Shown: piece by piece, positions 1 through 9,880 of the stretch
Position numbering within the stretch: the stretch's first letter is position 1
How the letters are laid out: each line of letters opens with the position of its first letter
IMG/VR virus record: IMGVR_UViG_3300027608_000011
DNA from: a virus
Taxonomy: Duplodnaviria > Heunggongvirae > Uroviricota > Caudoviricetes
Reading direction: 5' to 3' (one strand)
DNA length: 64,000 nt
The notes under the pieces: generated by a model
Seen by the model: the letters and a program-made list of their open reading frames with translations, nothing else
The model's database searches: none
Told to the model about the DNA's origin: nothing
Translations under genes and position numbers: made by a program

Positions 1-189
1 ATCATCTGTTAATCGATCAAGTCCGGCACTTGTTTTATTTCTAAGAAAATTCGGCACGGTGTCTAGAACTTTATATTGATGTTGTTTACCTGGGTTATGT
101 GCGTAGTCGTATATTGCTCTAAATATCTTAGGATGAGTTTGAACCAACACCCATTCATCTAGTCCGTATAGTAAATCTTTAGTTTTCAT
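1..189 (-). CDS. Hypothetical protein, runs off the window edge (MKTKDLLYGLDEW...)
   Basis: ATG at 189 with an open frame to position 1; overlaps the upstream small ORF; not in the ORF track. Confidence 0.6.
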   Translation of the reverse strand, partial: MKTKDLLYGLDEWVLVQTHPKIFRAIYDYAHNPGKQHQYKVLDTVPNFLRNKTSAGLDRLTDD

Positions 190-307
190 TTTTAATTTTT
201 ATTAGTGTGCCGCTGACTTCTTGTCTAGGTTTAGGAAAGTATGTCCAATTATGATACAATATTGCAAACATGCAAACGTACACAATAATTTCAACTTTAG
301 TTTTCAT
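179..307 (-). CDS. Small 42-aa protein with a hydrophobic segment (MKTKVEIIVYVCMFAILYHNW...)
   Basis: ATGA overlap with the stop of 304..2388; fills the gap in the operon; below the ORF-track cutoff. Confidence 0.5.
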   Translation of the reverse strand: MKTKVEIIVYVCMFAILYHNWTYFPKPRQEVSGTLIKIKNEN

Positions 308-2388
308 TTGTTTGCAGAATGTGTAATCCACTGCTCATGTAGCCAATCAAAATCGTTTATTAGATTTATATCGTTCGTATTTTGCCTGACCCAGTCTCTT
401 CCAGCTTGTGCGCCACTAACAGTCCAGTCGCCGTTTTCAACTCCAAGGTTAACAGAACACCAAACTTCTAAACGCTTGTCGGTTTCTTCATCAACTTGAT
501 TTTTAATTAATTTACTAGATAATTTAGCGGCTTCTCTAAATCCACTTCGCCATGCTGTTTCGGGATCACTGTTAAATTCAGTTGTGCCTATTGTTCTAGG
601 AATTACTGTGAACTTGGCTCCTATACTAGTAGCTAAGTCTATATTCCATTTAGTTGCGTTTCTCAATAATTCTGTTGGAAATAATTTGACGCCGCCGAAG
701 CCATAACTTAATCCATTGACTACATTCTTTACATGCCATACGTATACCACATCTCTATCATGTAACTTGGGATAATTGTCGAATGTAAATCTACCATCTA
801 CCACACAATCTGCATCTACTAGAAAGAACATATTGCTGGATACTACATTGGCGGCGGCTTTATGTGCTTCTAATAAACCTTTTACTCCGTTTATTCTATG
901 TAGCTTGGTCTTGTTGTGTATTAGCTTATCTAATTTTTTATAATTTTCATCGGCATATGGTTCGTTATTACTTAAAAATACAATATCAAATTCTTCTTCT
1001 ATACATCCATGATCCCATACTTTAACTGCTGTCTTTTGTAATCTGGGCGTTAGTTCTGTTCCGAGCGGAACAAGATAGCATCCAGCCCAGTCGGTTACTC
1101 GACCACTCTTTGGATTTGTCATCATAAACACATGCACTTTATCTTCGTTACCACGGGCTGGCATATATTTTTGATTCCACTTAACGCCTGGACTACAGAA
1201 TTTATCAAAGTGCCAATATAGTTTAGTATCTCCTGGGCCCATACTCCAATTATACATATAAGGGCGTATATACCCATGCTCTTTATATTCGGGAGGATTG
1301 TCTATAAAAGATATCTTAACACCATATCTTTTATCGGTGCCTTCACAATACCATACATGTAAAAACTGTAGTGAATCATAGCTAGGTATAAAACTATCAG
1401 TTACCACCGACCAGTTGTACAATTGAAAATCTGGATTTATAATTATTTTAGGAACTAGATTTAATTTGACTTGCCCCATATCAATGTCGCCGCGGCAGTC
1501 TGCACTTGGAGTTAATCTAATTGCCCATATTCTTTCTCCGGGGGGTGTATAACTAGAATCTAAATACCAAGTATGTGTTAGCTTCATTGAATCAGCCAAT
1601 GGCCTGTAGTCAAAATCAAAATTTTCAAATTTGATATTATCAAATAATGGATTAACCTCCCATGTCATGTCTTTATAAAACTCCTCGGGTATTGCATTTA
1701 TAGTTCCTTGCAATACTGATCCGATAAAATTGTTCGGTTCCAATTTGTATGCCCATACATCATAGTTTGGCAAATTGATATCACCAGTTAAATTCCAAAC
1801 ATGACAATAATTACCTTGACTGTAATGTAATGTTGCTTGGGGTATGTCTGTGTATAGGCTAGCAGGCAAGGCTGTATTTGTGACTAAATTAAACTGATTT
1901 TTTACATTATTGTGTACAATTTTAATGCCTTCTGAGTCAGGAACATAAGAAATTCTTACGGCCTCGACAACTTCACCGTCAGTAGTACTGGTATCAAAAT
2001 GCCAAACATGGTCATATTTTAAATCATATGTTGGAGGCAATAACGTTAGCATTTCATCTGTCTTGCCGTTATAATAAGGACTACACGATATGGATCTTCG
2101 TGGACGCACGGGGTATTGTATATATGAATCATTCCAGCCCGCCGGTATTAATTTTACTAACCAAAAACTTCTATCTTCCCAGACCCATAAATGCAAATGG
2201 CGTTTTTCATATGATACTGGAATAAATTTCCAATCAAAGTTTTCAAATACTTCTGTGTCTTTTATTTCGGCATTAACAAACCATGTCGTTAGGCCATCGG
2301 CCATTTTATATAACTCTTTGTCAGTATATGGCTTATCAACTAATATTACTTGAAACGTTGTATTCTGTTGTAATTCTATTAAATTCAT
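304..2388 (-). CDS. Repeat-containing protein with a C-terminal GT-A glycosyltransferase-like domain
   Basis: C-terminal FDIVFLSNNEPYADENY...LVDAD (DxD)...YGFGGVKLF...WRSGFREAAKL, paralogous to the two upstream genes; N-terminal degenerate HVW-containing repeats. Confidence 0.7.
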   Translation of the reverse strand: MNLIELQQNTTFQVILVDKPYTDKELYKMADGLTTWFVNAEIKDTEVFENFDWKFIPVSYEKRHLHLWVWEDRSFWLVKLIPAGWNDSYIQYPVRPRRSISCSPYYNGKTDEMLTLLPPTYDLKYDHVWHFDTSTTDGEVVEAVRISYVPDSEGIKIVHNNVKNQFNLVTNTALPASLYTDIPQATLHYSQGNYCHVWNLTGDINLPNYDVWAYKLEPNNFIGSVLQGTINAIPEEFYKDMTWEVNPLFDNIKFENFDFDYRPLADSMKLTHTWYLDSSYTPPGERIWAIRLTPSADCRGDIDMGQVKLNLVPKIIINPDFQLYNWSVVTDSFIPSYDSLQFLHVWYCEGTDKRYGVKISFIDNPPEYKEHGYIRPYMYNWSMGPGDTKLYWHFDKFCSPGVKWNQKYMPARGNEDKVHVFMMTNPKSGRVTDWAGCYLVPLGTELTPRLQKTAVKVWDHGCIEEEFDIVFLSNNEPYADENYKKLDKLIHNKTKLHRINGVKGLLEAHKAAANVVSSNMFFLVDADCVVDGRFTFDNYPKLHDRDVVYVWHVKNVVNGLSYGFGGVKLFPTELLRNATKWNIDLATSIGAKFTVIPRTIGTTEFNSDPETAWRSGFREAAKLSSKLIKNQVDEETDKRLEVWCSVNLGVENGDWTVSGAQAGRDWVRQNTNDINLINDFDWLHEQWITHSANK

Positions 2389-3064
2389 TGTTTATCCAAT
2401 CGAAGTCATTGATTAATTTTAATGCTGGTAAGTTGTTTTTATTCTTTAATCCGTATTCTTTGCCTGCTAATGCTCCGCCATACGAATAGAACCCGTACGG
2501 CACATTATTGTTTAATTGACACCATGCATCGAGTCTTTCTAAAGTTATACTATCATCACTAATTATACCACTGGCCAACTTTGTACATTCTCTAAATGCA
2601 CTACGCCACGTACTAAACGGATCTGTATTAAATGCAGTTACGTTTGATATTTCGTTTTTGCTTACAAATTCGGCTCCCATACTAGTTGCTAAGTCTACTT
2701 TCCATTCGGATATAGATAGCAATAAATCCTTGCGATACAATTTTACGCCGCCATAACCATATATTAGATTATTAATGGGATTAATACTATTCCAACAAAA
2801 TACACATTCATTGGATGGAATTCTGCCATATATTAATTCAGTTGGGGTCGGGGTATAATCAAAATTAAAAGTTTCTACTATTTGTGCATCTGCATCTACA
2901 ATGTAAAAATTATTAGTCATACTTTTTCGGGCCGCGGCCTGATGTGCTAGTAATAAACCTTTTACTCCGCTAACTCTCTTTGCATGTGGTGCATACGTTA
3001 ATAGTAATTTAAAGTTGTCGTCTGCATATGGTTCTTGGTATGACAGGAATATAACATCAAGCAT
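2336..3064 (-). CDS. GT-A fold glycosyltransferase-like protein
   Basis: DVIFLSYQEPYADDN, IVDAD DxD motif, YGYGGVKL, WRSAFRECTKL. Confidence 0.7.
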   Translation of the reverse strand: MLDVIFLSYQEPYADDNFKLLLTYAPHAKRVSGVKGLLLAHQAAARKSMTNNFYIVDADAQIVETFNFDYTPTPTELIYGRIPSNECVFCWNSINPINNLIYGYGGVKLYRKDLLLSISEWKVDLATSMGAEFVSKNEISNVTAFNTDPFSTWRSAFRECTKLASGIISDDSITLERLDAWCQLNNNVPYGFYSYGGALAGKEYGLKNKNNLPALKLINDFDWINNEFNRITTEYNVSSNIS

Positions 3065-4047
3065 TATTCATTCTCGCTACCGACACCTTTAAGTACTTGG
3101 TCTTCTTTAATCATTGGCCCTAGTCTATTAGGATTAACGTAAGTAGCTTTGAAGAACTTACTGCCCCACTCTCCCAATTCTGCAAGTTCTAAATTTAGTT
3201 CTTGGCGCAGTGCCATTCCTAAATTAATTGTTTCTTTCTTTAACTTAGTTGTATCCCATATATAATTGCTCTTATGGCATTGTTTATCGTTGCCAGCAAA
3301 TTGCGGTGCAACAATAGAATTCCAATAGTTGTCATGCCATTCGAAATCTCTGACATTTACAAAATCAAACTCATCTCGTTTCATGTTAGTTAAGTAACAT
3401 CCTAAACGTGTGCCGTACATGGCCCATTCGCCATTTAATACATCTTCGCCTACACTACACCATACCAATAATCTTTGATAATTTTTATAATGTATGTGTT
3501 CTCTAAACTTTTTAGGATTAATAGGAACTCCTCGCTGTAGTCCTAGTTTAACCCCTTCTCTAAAACCTGCCCTATAGGCTTGATAAGGAGTAGCATTGTT
3601 CATTACATCACTGTATACATTATTCATTTGAATGTAATTAATGTTCCAACAAAAATCTACTTGAGCTTCAGCAGTATCAGAATCCTCATGACTTTTCATT
3701 TGTTCCACTACATGCTTTGGCCAACACTTAATACCGCCATTGCCATATACTAATCCATTTACAACATTTTTGCCAGCCCAGCTTATTACATCATTTTGGC
3801 CAATTTTATTTAAATCAAGTTGTATGTTTAGAAAGTCTTCTCGTACGATATTATCAGCATCAATGGTAATAAATCTATCTGTGCTAGATAGTGCCGCGGC
3901 GGCCTTATGGCAAGCATCACTACCTTTGACCCCGTGACTTCGTTGTGCCCATGGTATTTTTGTTAGTAGGTCTGCATAATTTTCATCAGCGTTTGGTTCA
4001 TCGTAACTCATGAACACAACATCAAATTCTGTTATAGGTGTCATCAT
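3064..4047 (-). CDS. GT-A fold glycosyltransferase-like protein
   Basis: DVVFMSYDEPNADENY, IDADN DxD motif, YGNGGIK, RAGFREGVKL. Confidence 0.7.
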   Translation of the reverse strand: MMTPITEFDVVFMSYDEPNADENYADLLTKIPWAQRSHGVKGSDACHKAAAALSSTDRFITIDADNIVREDFLNIQLDLNKIGQNDVISWAGKNVVNGLVYGNGGIKCWPKHVVEQMKSHEDSDTAEAQVDFCWNINYIQMNNVYSDVMNNATPYQAYRAGFREGVKLGLQRGVPINPKKFREHIHYKNYQRLLVWCSVGEDVLNGEWAMYGTRLGCYLTNMKRDEFDFVNVRDFEWHDNYWNSIVAPQFAGNDKQCHKSNYIWDTTKLKKETINLGMALRQELNLELAELGEWGSKFFKATYVNPNRLGPMIKEDQVLKGVGSENE

Positions 4048-4994
4048 TCTGTGGTCCAGTTTATCTTTACTTTTGTATTATTGTATATTAGATCCATATT
4101 ATCATAGGGTTTTATGTAATCCAGTGTTATGGTATCTGTTACTTTAGAATCTATTGCAAACGTACCAAAATAATAACTAGGATCGTTATGTTTAATCAAA
4201 TGAACAGCTATTGGTTCATCTAACACTTCTTTAATATTATTTGTTATAGTAACACCATTGTCTGAAAAATGCAACCGTATATGTGCGTCATCTGAATCCG
4301 TCTGGCCGGCTGTATTAATTGAGTATGTATATCCATTTGATGCAGGTGAATCTATTTGTGTACGTATCCATTCCCACGAGTACGAATCAAAATACGTTAA
4401 GGTCCATATTACTAAATGATTCAAGTTTTCCTCAGTAACCCATGGCACTGAAAATTGTAACGTATGATTTAATAGTTCATTTAAGTTACATTGTATTGTA
4501 TCATATATTTTATTTGGATCTAGCTTATCTATTATAAAAAATGTTATGTACTCTTGATCTGCTTGTATTTTCTGAAACGGTAATGCTTGTAATAAATTAT
4601 CAAATATAACATTGTCCACAGATATTGTTAATATTTTTTTCGATAGATTGAACATTAATTTTGTTACAGCATTAGTGTCTCCATATGGCAATGCTTCTAA
4701 CTTAGGTATGCGAGCTTCCAAACTCCTTAATAAGTTATCTTTTTTAAATAATTGTTTAGTTCCAGTAGAATTATCATGTGCAACAATAAAATTAAGCTCG
4801 CTGTCTGCCGATGATAATATTTGTTTTAATAATTTATTATCATTAGATACTTTAATAAAATTATCTATATTTGGATGTTCTACTTGGATACCCGACACTA
4901 TCCCGGTTTCGGTATGATACAATACATAATACTCTGTGGTAGTAACTTGCGTGGTTTCAAACAAACTTTGAAATTGCTGTAAACTCTTATGCAT
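4044..4994 (-). CDS. Hypothetical protein in the glycosyltransferase operon
   Basis: 316-aa ORF overlapping both neighbours. Confidence 0.75.
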   Translation of the reverse strand: MHKSLQQFQSLFETTQVTTTEYYVLYHTETGIVSGIQVEHPNIDNFIKVSNDNKLLKQILSSADSELNFIVAHDNSTGTKQLFKKDNLLRSLEARIPKLEALPYGDTNAVTKLMFNLSKKILTISVDNVIFDNLLQALPFQKIQADQEYITFFIIDKLDPNKIYDTIQCNLNELLNHTLQFSVPWVTEENLNHLVIWTLTYFDSYSWEWIRTQIDSPASNGYTYSINTAGQTDSDDAHIRLHFSDNGVTITNNIKEVLDEPIAVHLIKHNDPSYYFGTFAIDSKVTDTITLDYIKPYDNMDLIYNNTKVKINWTTE

Positions 4995-5796
4995 TGTATA
5001 CCTTTATTAGTCTTTGATATATTTCGTCAGTCATCCAGGTACTAGTATAATGCCATATTCCATGTTGTATAAAATTTTCTACTTTAACTTGGCCAGAATC
5101 TAATATCCAAGAATTTAAAAATTTATACCAATTCATTTTAGCCCAGTTATAATGTATTGTGTTTTCTTCCTGCCTGCTTAACGTTGTTATATTAAATCCT
5201 TGACTAACAGATATGTCAGATAATTTTTGGGCTAGGCATAATACAATATTAAATTTAAACTTTAAATTATCATCTATACTATATTCTGTTAAAAACTGTT
5301 CTTTAAATGTATCCCAATACGTAATTATTCTATGTGCAAGTAAAATAAATTCTTTAAATTCATCTATATTTTTATACAGGATTGCGTTACTCCAGATATC
5401 TTTAAGGCCATTTTTTATTATAATTTTTCTATTAGAGTATAACTGTTTTGTTATAGGCACTCCTTTGAAATCTAATAAAGTACGATTAAACACTACATTT
5501 GAATGTAGCAAGTTATCAAATAAATCTGTAATGTTTGATAAAACTAATGTGTCGCTATATAAAAATAATGTATTCGTATACGGAGTAATAATTAATGCGT
5601 CGAGTAATTCTTGTTCTACTACACCAGTCGACTTTATTGTTATAACGTTGTCAAAATATTGTTTGTCGACATCTAACCCTGTTGGTATAATTAGTGTCAC
5701 TGGCAATTGGCTATTTGCTTTTGCTGTTACTGCTAATAAAATTGCCTGCTCAACACATTTAATGTTATTAGCAAATGTTATGATTCCATTAGACAT
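4987..5796 (-). CDS. Glycosyltransferase-like protein (GT8-like, degenerate DxD)
   Basis: TPYTNTLFLYSD corresponds to TPWDKTLLIDVD of the neighbour; C-terminal WHY. Confidence 0.55.
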   Translation of the reverse strand: MSNGIITFANNIKCVEQAILLAVTAKANSQLPVTLIIPTGLDVDKQYFDNVITIKSTGVVEQELLDALIITPYTNTLFLYSDTLVLSNITDLFDNLLHSNVVFNRTLLDFKGVPITKQLYSNRKIIIKNGLKDIWSNAILYKNIDEFKEFILLAHRIITYWDTFKEQFLTEYSIDDNLKFKFNIVLCLAQKLSDISVSQGFNITTLSRQEENTIHYNWAKMNWYKFLNSWILDSGQVKVENFIQHGIWHYTSTWMTDEIYQRLIKVYNA

Positions 5797-6682
5797 TGTA
5801 TACTTCCAATAACTTATCGTAATGCCTTAATAAGGCCATTTTATTCATCATATGAATATCCTGATCTTGCACTCTTACTACTATATCCTGGGAGGGCTTG
5901 TGATTAATGTAATGACTTAAAAATGTAAAATCATTTTTACCATTGACTTGAACAAGGTCATCCTTTTGATCCATGTAACGCATAACCTTGGGTGGTATTT
6001 CGTTAACAAAGTTCCCCTCCATCTGTCCATTCAATAAATGTATAGCTATTGCACTGGCATAGTCTGTCCTAAACATTCTGCCGGGGAATTTATACAAAAA
6101 TTTATAATAGTCATAATTGTCTTTAACATGATGCCACATATTAAAAAATTGTGTGCTTTGTTCACTTTTGGTCCAGTAAATAACTGTGCTCCACCACATA
6201 TCAATACCTTCAGGATGTAAGCGTTGTTCGTCGTGATGTGGTAACTCCATTCGAAGTCCTTTGGCTGTTCTAAATAATGCCAGCTCGTAATCTGTGTCAA
6301 ATAGCCTATCTAATGAATTGTTTCCTAATATATAATCAACATCAATTAGTAATGTTTTGTCCCATGGAGTTAAGTTAAACACATTATGTTTATTGCCATT
6401 ACTAAATTGTGTTGTAAAATTTTTATCTGGGCTGTCGTGATGTAGCCTAGTATTCTTATCGTGTGTTAATGTTTCAACTATTATTTTATCAAAGCACCTA
6501 TCTATTAAAGATTTACTTTGTGTTTTTTTTAAATGGTCGTAGGTTGATGCGTCAGTTAGTAACGCAATGTTATTATTAGTTAAATTTGTTTTAACTGATA
6601 GTGCTGTGATGATTGCTAATTTTGTATAATCTATCTTTGCATTATTATACGCAAATAGTACTACTCCATTAGTCTGTGACAT
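5789..6682 (-). CDS. Glycosyltransferase-like protein (GT-A/GT8-like)
   Basis: GVVLFAYNN...TPWDKTLLIDVD DxD motif. Confidence 0.6.
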   Translation of the reverse strand: MSQTNGVVLFAYNNAKIDYTKLAIITALSVKTNLTNNNIALLTDASTYDHLKKTQSKSLIDRCFDKIIVETLTHDKNTRLHHDSPDKNFTTQFSNGNKHNVFNLTPWDKTLLIDVDYILGNNSLDRLFDTDYELALFRTAKGLRMELPHHDEQRLHPEGIDMWWSTVIYWTKSEQSTQFFNMWHHVKDNYDYYKFLYKFPGRMFRTDYASAIAIHLLNGQMEGNFVNEIPPKVMRYMDQKDDLVQVNGKNDFTFLSHYINHKPSQDIVVRVQDQDIHMMNKMALLRHYDKLLEVYNV

Positions 6683-7022
6683 TTGTTAAACTCTTAACAT
6701 TACGTTGTTTTTTTATTTTTTCATTCTCTATAAAAAACTCGTTCATAGCCATAGTATATGCGCTATTAAGTTTTTCCAGAAAAGTTGGCAAGTCTTTAAT
6801 AAGTATTGGTGTTTCGTTGTTATCCAAAAATACCTGTTGTTCGAAATCTGAAGATATCAAATATTGAATGTAACCCATTATTTCTGGGGTAGAGGTAAAA
6901 ATCCCATTATTGTGATTTACAAGTTTTTGAATTTCAGCTCGTTGTCTGAGATTAATTTTCTGATTGGCTAATGTTAGACGATAATTACTAAAGTCTAACG
7001 CGGCCGCAAGTCTTTTGTCCAT
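6669..7022 (-). CDS. Hypothetical late protein
   Basis: 117-aa ORF with a late-promoter-like GATAAATA at 7056-7063. Confidence 0.75.
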   Translation of the reverse strand: MDKRLAAALDFSNYRLTLANQKINLRQRAEIQKLVNHNNGIFTSTPEIMGYIQYLISSDFEQQVFLDNNETPILIKDLPTFLEKLNSAYTMAMNEFFIENEKIKKQRNVKSLTNVTD

Positions 7023-7076
7023 ATGCGATATCTCTCTGTGTATTAAGTACGCAGTTATTTATCGCAATAGAATTTG

Positions 7077-8132
7077 TTAATTACCTGAAAGAGGGGTCGT
7101 GATAGCCAAAATAGGTTTTTCTATCCTAAATTGGACTCCGCCGAAATCTATGCCGCCAGCATAACCGATGTTGTAAGATAACGTATGACGGCCATGTACT
7201 ACATTACCAATGGATCTATTGTCAATTTCTACTTTAATGTGTATTTGACGTCCATTAACAATCTTACCGAATATTCTGAGTTGTGGACAATTACCATAGC
7301 CGCCGTATCCGCCATAGCCGCCGTATCCGCCATAGCCTCCATAGCCGCCGTCGCAACAATAGGCGCCGTATTCGCCGTATCCGCCATAGCCTCCATAGCC
7401 GCCGTATCCGCCATAGCCTCCGCCCGCAGTAGACGCACATATTAATTCCTGATACGTATTAGTTAAATCGTAAAACCCTATACCTCTACTAGACGCCAAT
7501 GGCCCAGTATGTGCAGTTGTATTAACATTTAATAATGCTGTTCCCATATTATTATAGATGCTTTTCCACAAATTGTATCCGGCAAGATTGCCTGTGCCAG
7601 GCAACGATGCCTGTAAATTTATTCGTAGTTCACCGCCACTGTTAAAATAATATCTGGCTTTATTAAAGTTATCAAAAGTATATACTGCTTCACTTACCAA
7701 TAAGTTACTCCACTGGTTGTGCTGACTTTGCCCCAATACCATTAAATTCCTACGTTGTGGAATTAAGTTATTTTTATTAGCGAGAACAAGATTTCCTACT
7801 GCTTCTAGTAAATTTGCTCGTTCGGCAGTTATTTTTACTCCCCTGGCAACTCTAGCTAAATTTACGTTTAATGGTAACTGTCCGGTATTCTGACCTGCAA
7901 TATTAATAGAATCTAAATTACTGTTCCATAAGGAACTAGTTATTTTTACTCCCTTGGCAACTTGTTGAATAGGAGTTTGACCCCAACCAAATTTAAGTTG
8001 TGCTTTTGTTGCAGGATTAGTTGTCGGGCCTTGATTAATTACGTATGCATCAGCCCATGCCCTATTAAAGGCCGTGGTTAATGTATTCCACCCCTGGCCC
8101 GTTATCAATTGGTGCTGTATAAATGATGGCAC
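7077..8132 (-). CDS. Putative virion (baseplate/fibre) protein with a GGY-repeat tract
   Basis: In the structural operon; two GGY-repeat blocks around GEYGAYCCD; duplicated VAxGVKIT motif. Confidence 0.65.
   Translation of the reverse strand: MPSFIQHQLITGQGWNTLTTAFNRAWADAYVINQGPTTNPATKAQLKFGWGQTPIQQVAKGVKITSSLWNSNLDSINIAGQNTGQLPLNVNLARVARGVKITAERANLLEAVGNLVLANKNNLIPQRRNLMVLGQSQHNQWSNLLVSEAVYTFDNFNKARYYFNSGGELRINLQASLPGTGNLAGYNLWKSIYNNMGTALLNVNTTAHTGPLASSRGIGFYDLTNTYQELICASTAGGGYGGYGGYGGYGGYGEYGAYCCDGGYGGYGGYGGYGGYGGYGNCPQLRIFGKIVNGRQIHIKVEIDNRSIGNVVHGRHTLSYNIGYAGGIDFGGVQFRIEKPILAITTPLSGN
7294..7425 (-). repeat. 9-bp-period tandem repeat encoding GGY
   Basis: ccatagccg / ccgtatccg / ccatagcct units in two blocks; GC-rich relative to the flanks. 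Confidence 0.9.
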
Positions 8133-8133
8133 G

Positions 8134-9189
8134 TTATTTTACTCCTACAACAGCCTCTATAGATCTTACTCCTGGATCATCACAATTAACCAATGAGCGA
8201 CCTATCACTGTGTAGGGGTCTCGGGTCCACCGAGCTACTGTTGCTACTCCAGGCAAACTACTTGAAACTAATCTATCGCCTTTTTTAACAGGCCCCGTTA
8301 CTAGTACTGGCACACGGCCAACTAATGCCACTGGTACTTTTGCACCATTTCGAAAGCCTGCTCCATTTAGTATGAAAGCAGGGTTTGTAGATACAACACC
8401 AAATACTGCATCATCATTTTCAGATACAGTTTGTGTTACTTCTTCATTGCCGCCTAATTTAAGTACAGTGCCTGGCTCATAAATTGCATCAGCAGTATAA
8501 TACTCTGCCAAGTCAGCAAACTCAGCTTCAATTGCAATGCCGCGGAATTTAACATCTTGTCTTATTGGTAAATTAAATCCTTTGCCAATAGTCGGAAATT
8601 GTTTACTAACCGCATTTGGATTTATTGTAGTTTCTGTATCGTGCGGGGTATATGCGTCAGCACTCGTAACTGCCATTACTTGGCGTACATACGTTGTAGC
8701 ATCGCCCGGAACAACTTTTTCTAAGTTAAAATGAACAATTGCGTCATGATATATTCCATCTACGTCCCTAACAGTTACATACTCGATGGTATTGTTATAA
8801 GGGAACCCAACGGGAACCCAACGGATACCATCCCAAACTGATAATTGTTTACTAGTAGGTTGGAACCAAAAGTCACCTGCACGATTGCCGTCAGCTAACG
8901 GTTCTGTGTCACGCACATATCTATTTGCTATTTCTTTCCATACCCCACTACTATCGAATACGCTAAGTGCTTTGTTAGTTTTGTTAAACCATAACTGTCC
9001 AAATACTGGATTTGCCGGAGGTGTGCCATACGCAAAATTTTCTAGCATTGCTACTAAATTTTCTGCCATTACTTCGCCATATCCAGCATAATTCTTACCA
9101 ACTAGCCTAATACTGGTACTTACGTCTAACGTACCGTCAGGTATACTTGTCAGTAGCGTTCCATCTGTTTTATTGACATCATATGCCAT
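8134..9189 (-). CDS. Baseplate/tail-fibre protein with a C-terminal intramolecular-chaperone (peptidase G2-like) domain
   Basis: LVGKNYAGYG...GQLWFN N-terminus; C-terminal ADLAEYY...GVVSTNPA...VALVGRVPV. Confidence 0.7.
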   Translation of the reverse strand: MAYDVNKTDGTLLTSIPDGTLDVSTSIRLVGKNYAGYGEVMAENLVAMLENFAYGTPPANPVFGQLWFNKTNKALSVFDSSGVWKEIANRYVRDTEPLADGNRAGDFWFQPTSKQLSVWDGIRWVPVGFPYNNTIEYVTVRDVDGIYHDAIVHFNLEKVVPGDATTYVRQVMAVTSADAYTPHDTETTINPNAVSKQFPTIGKGFNLPIRQDVKFRGIAIEAEFADLAEYYTADAIYEPGTVLKLGGNEEVTQTVSENDDAVFGVVSTNPAFILNGAGFRNGAKVPVALVGRVPVLVTGPVKKGDRLVSSSLPGVATVARWTRDPYTVIGRSLVNCDDPGVRSIEAVVGVK

Positions 9190-9222
9190 ATTAATTCCTC
9201 GTTATAATGTATTTAACCAACT

Positions 9223-9852
9223 TTAAGCCACTCTAATTCGTATAGTGTAACGCACTTGCAAAAGTCTATTCAGAGATTTTTGCACAGGATGGAATGTTAC
9301 GTGGGTCAGTAATAATCCTCCATTTAAACTTGTTCCTTTGCTTTTCAGGCCAATTTCATCAAAAACAAATGCGCCATTATAAGAACTTGCATTATCTAAT
9401 ACGTCTTGACTTGCTCCTGCTAAGTTGAATGTTGTATCTGCCACTGCTGGCTCGTCGTAGTTAATTACGCAATTAACTATTAAATCAGTATACCCTAATC
9501 CATTAATGTGCTCGGTGGTAATAAAATTCTTTGTTGTATCAGTATTATTAGTAGTATCATCACCATCTATTACTTTATAAAACGTTGGGCTATATAAATC
9601 TTCGTTTTGACCATTGGTATTTGCTCCTTTATACGTAATAACACCCTGAGTATCAATGACGGTGCCGCCATTGCCAAAGTGCATTTCGTACATAGTTCCT
9701 GTACTTTTATTAGCCAAACTAAGTGCTAACGCCATACTTAAATTTTCTGGGTTAATAGCGTTTCGTTGGTTAACATATATTTTTCCGGACTCGGGGTCAG
9801 AAATATGTAAATGTCCTTCTATTTTTAGATTTGCATATTCAATTGATAACAT
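9223..9852 (-). CDS. Putative baseplate structural protein
   Basis: FDEIGL...LLTHVTFHPVQK; located in the baseplate operon with a late promoter. Confidence 0.6.
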   Translation of the reverse strand: MLSIEYANLKIEGHLHISDPESGKIYVNQRNAINPENLSMALALSLANKSTGTMYEMHFGNGGTVIDTQGVITYKGANTNGQNEDLYSPTFYKVIDGDDTTNNTDTTKNFITTEHINGLGYTDLIVNCVINYDEPAVADTTFNLAGASQDVLDNASSYNGAFVFDEIGLKSKGTSLNGGLLLTHVTFHPVQKSLNRLLQVRYTIRIRVA

Positions 9853-9880
9853 GATTTGCCTTTTATGATTACATATTTAC

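Noticed and set aside
7294-7425. CRISPR-like array
   Set aside because: In-frame 9-bp coding tandem repeat without spacers
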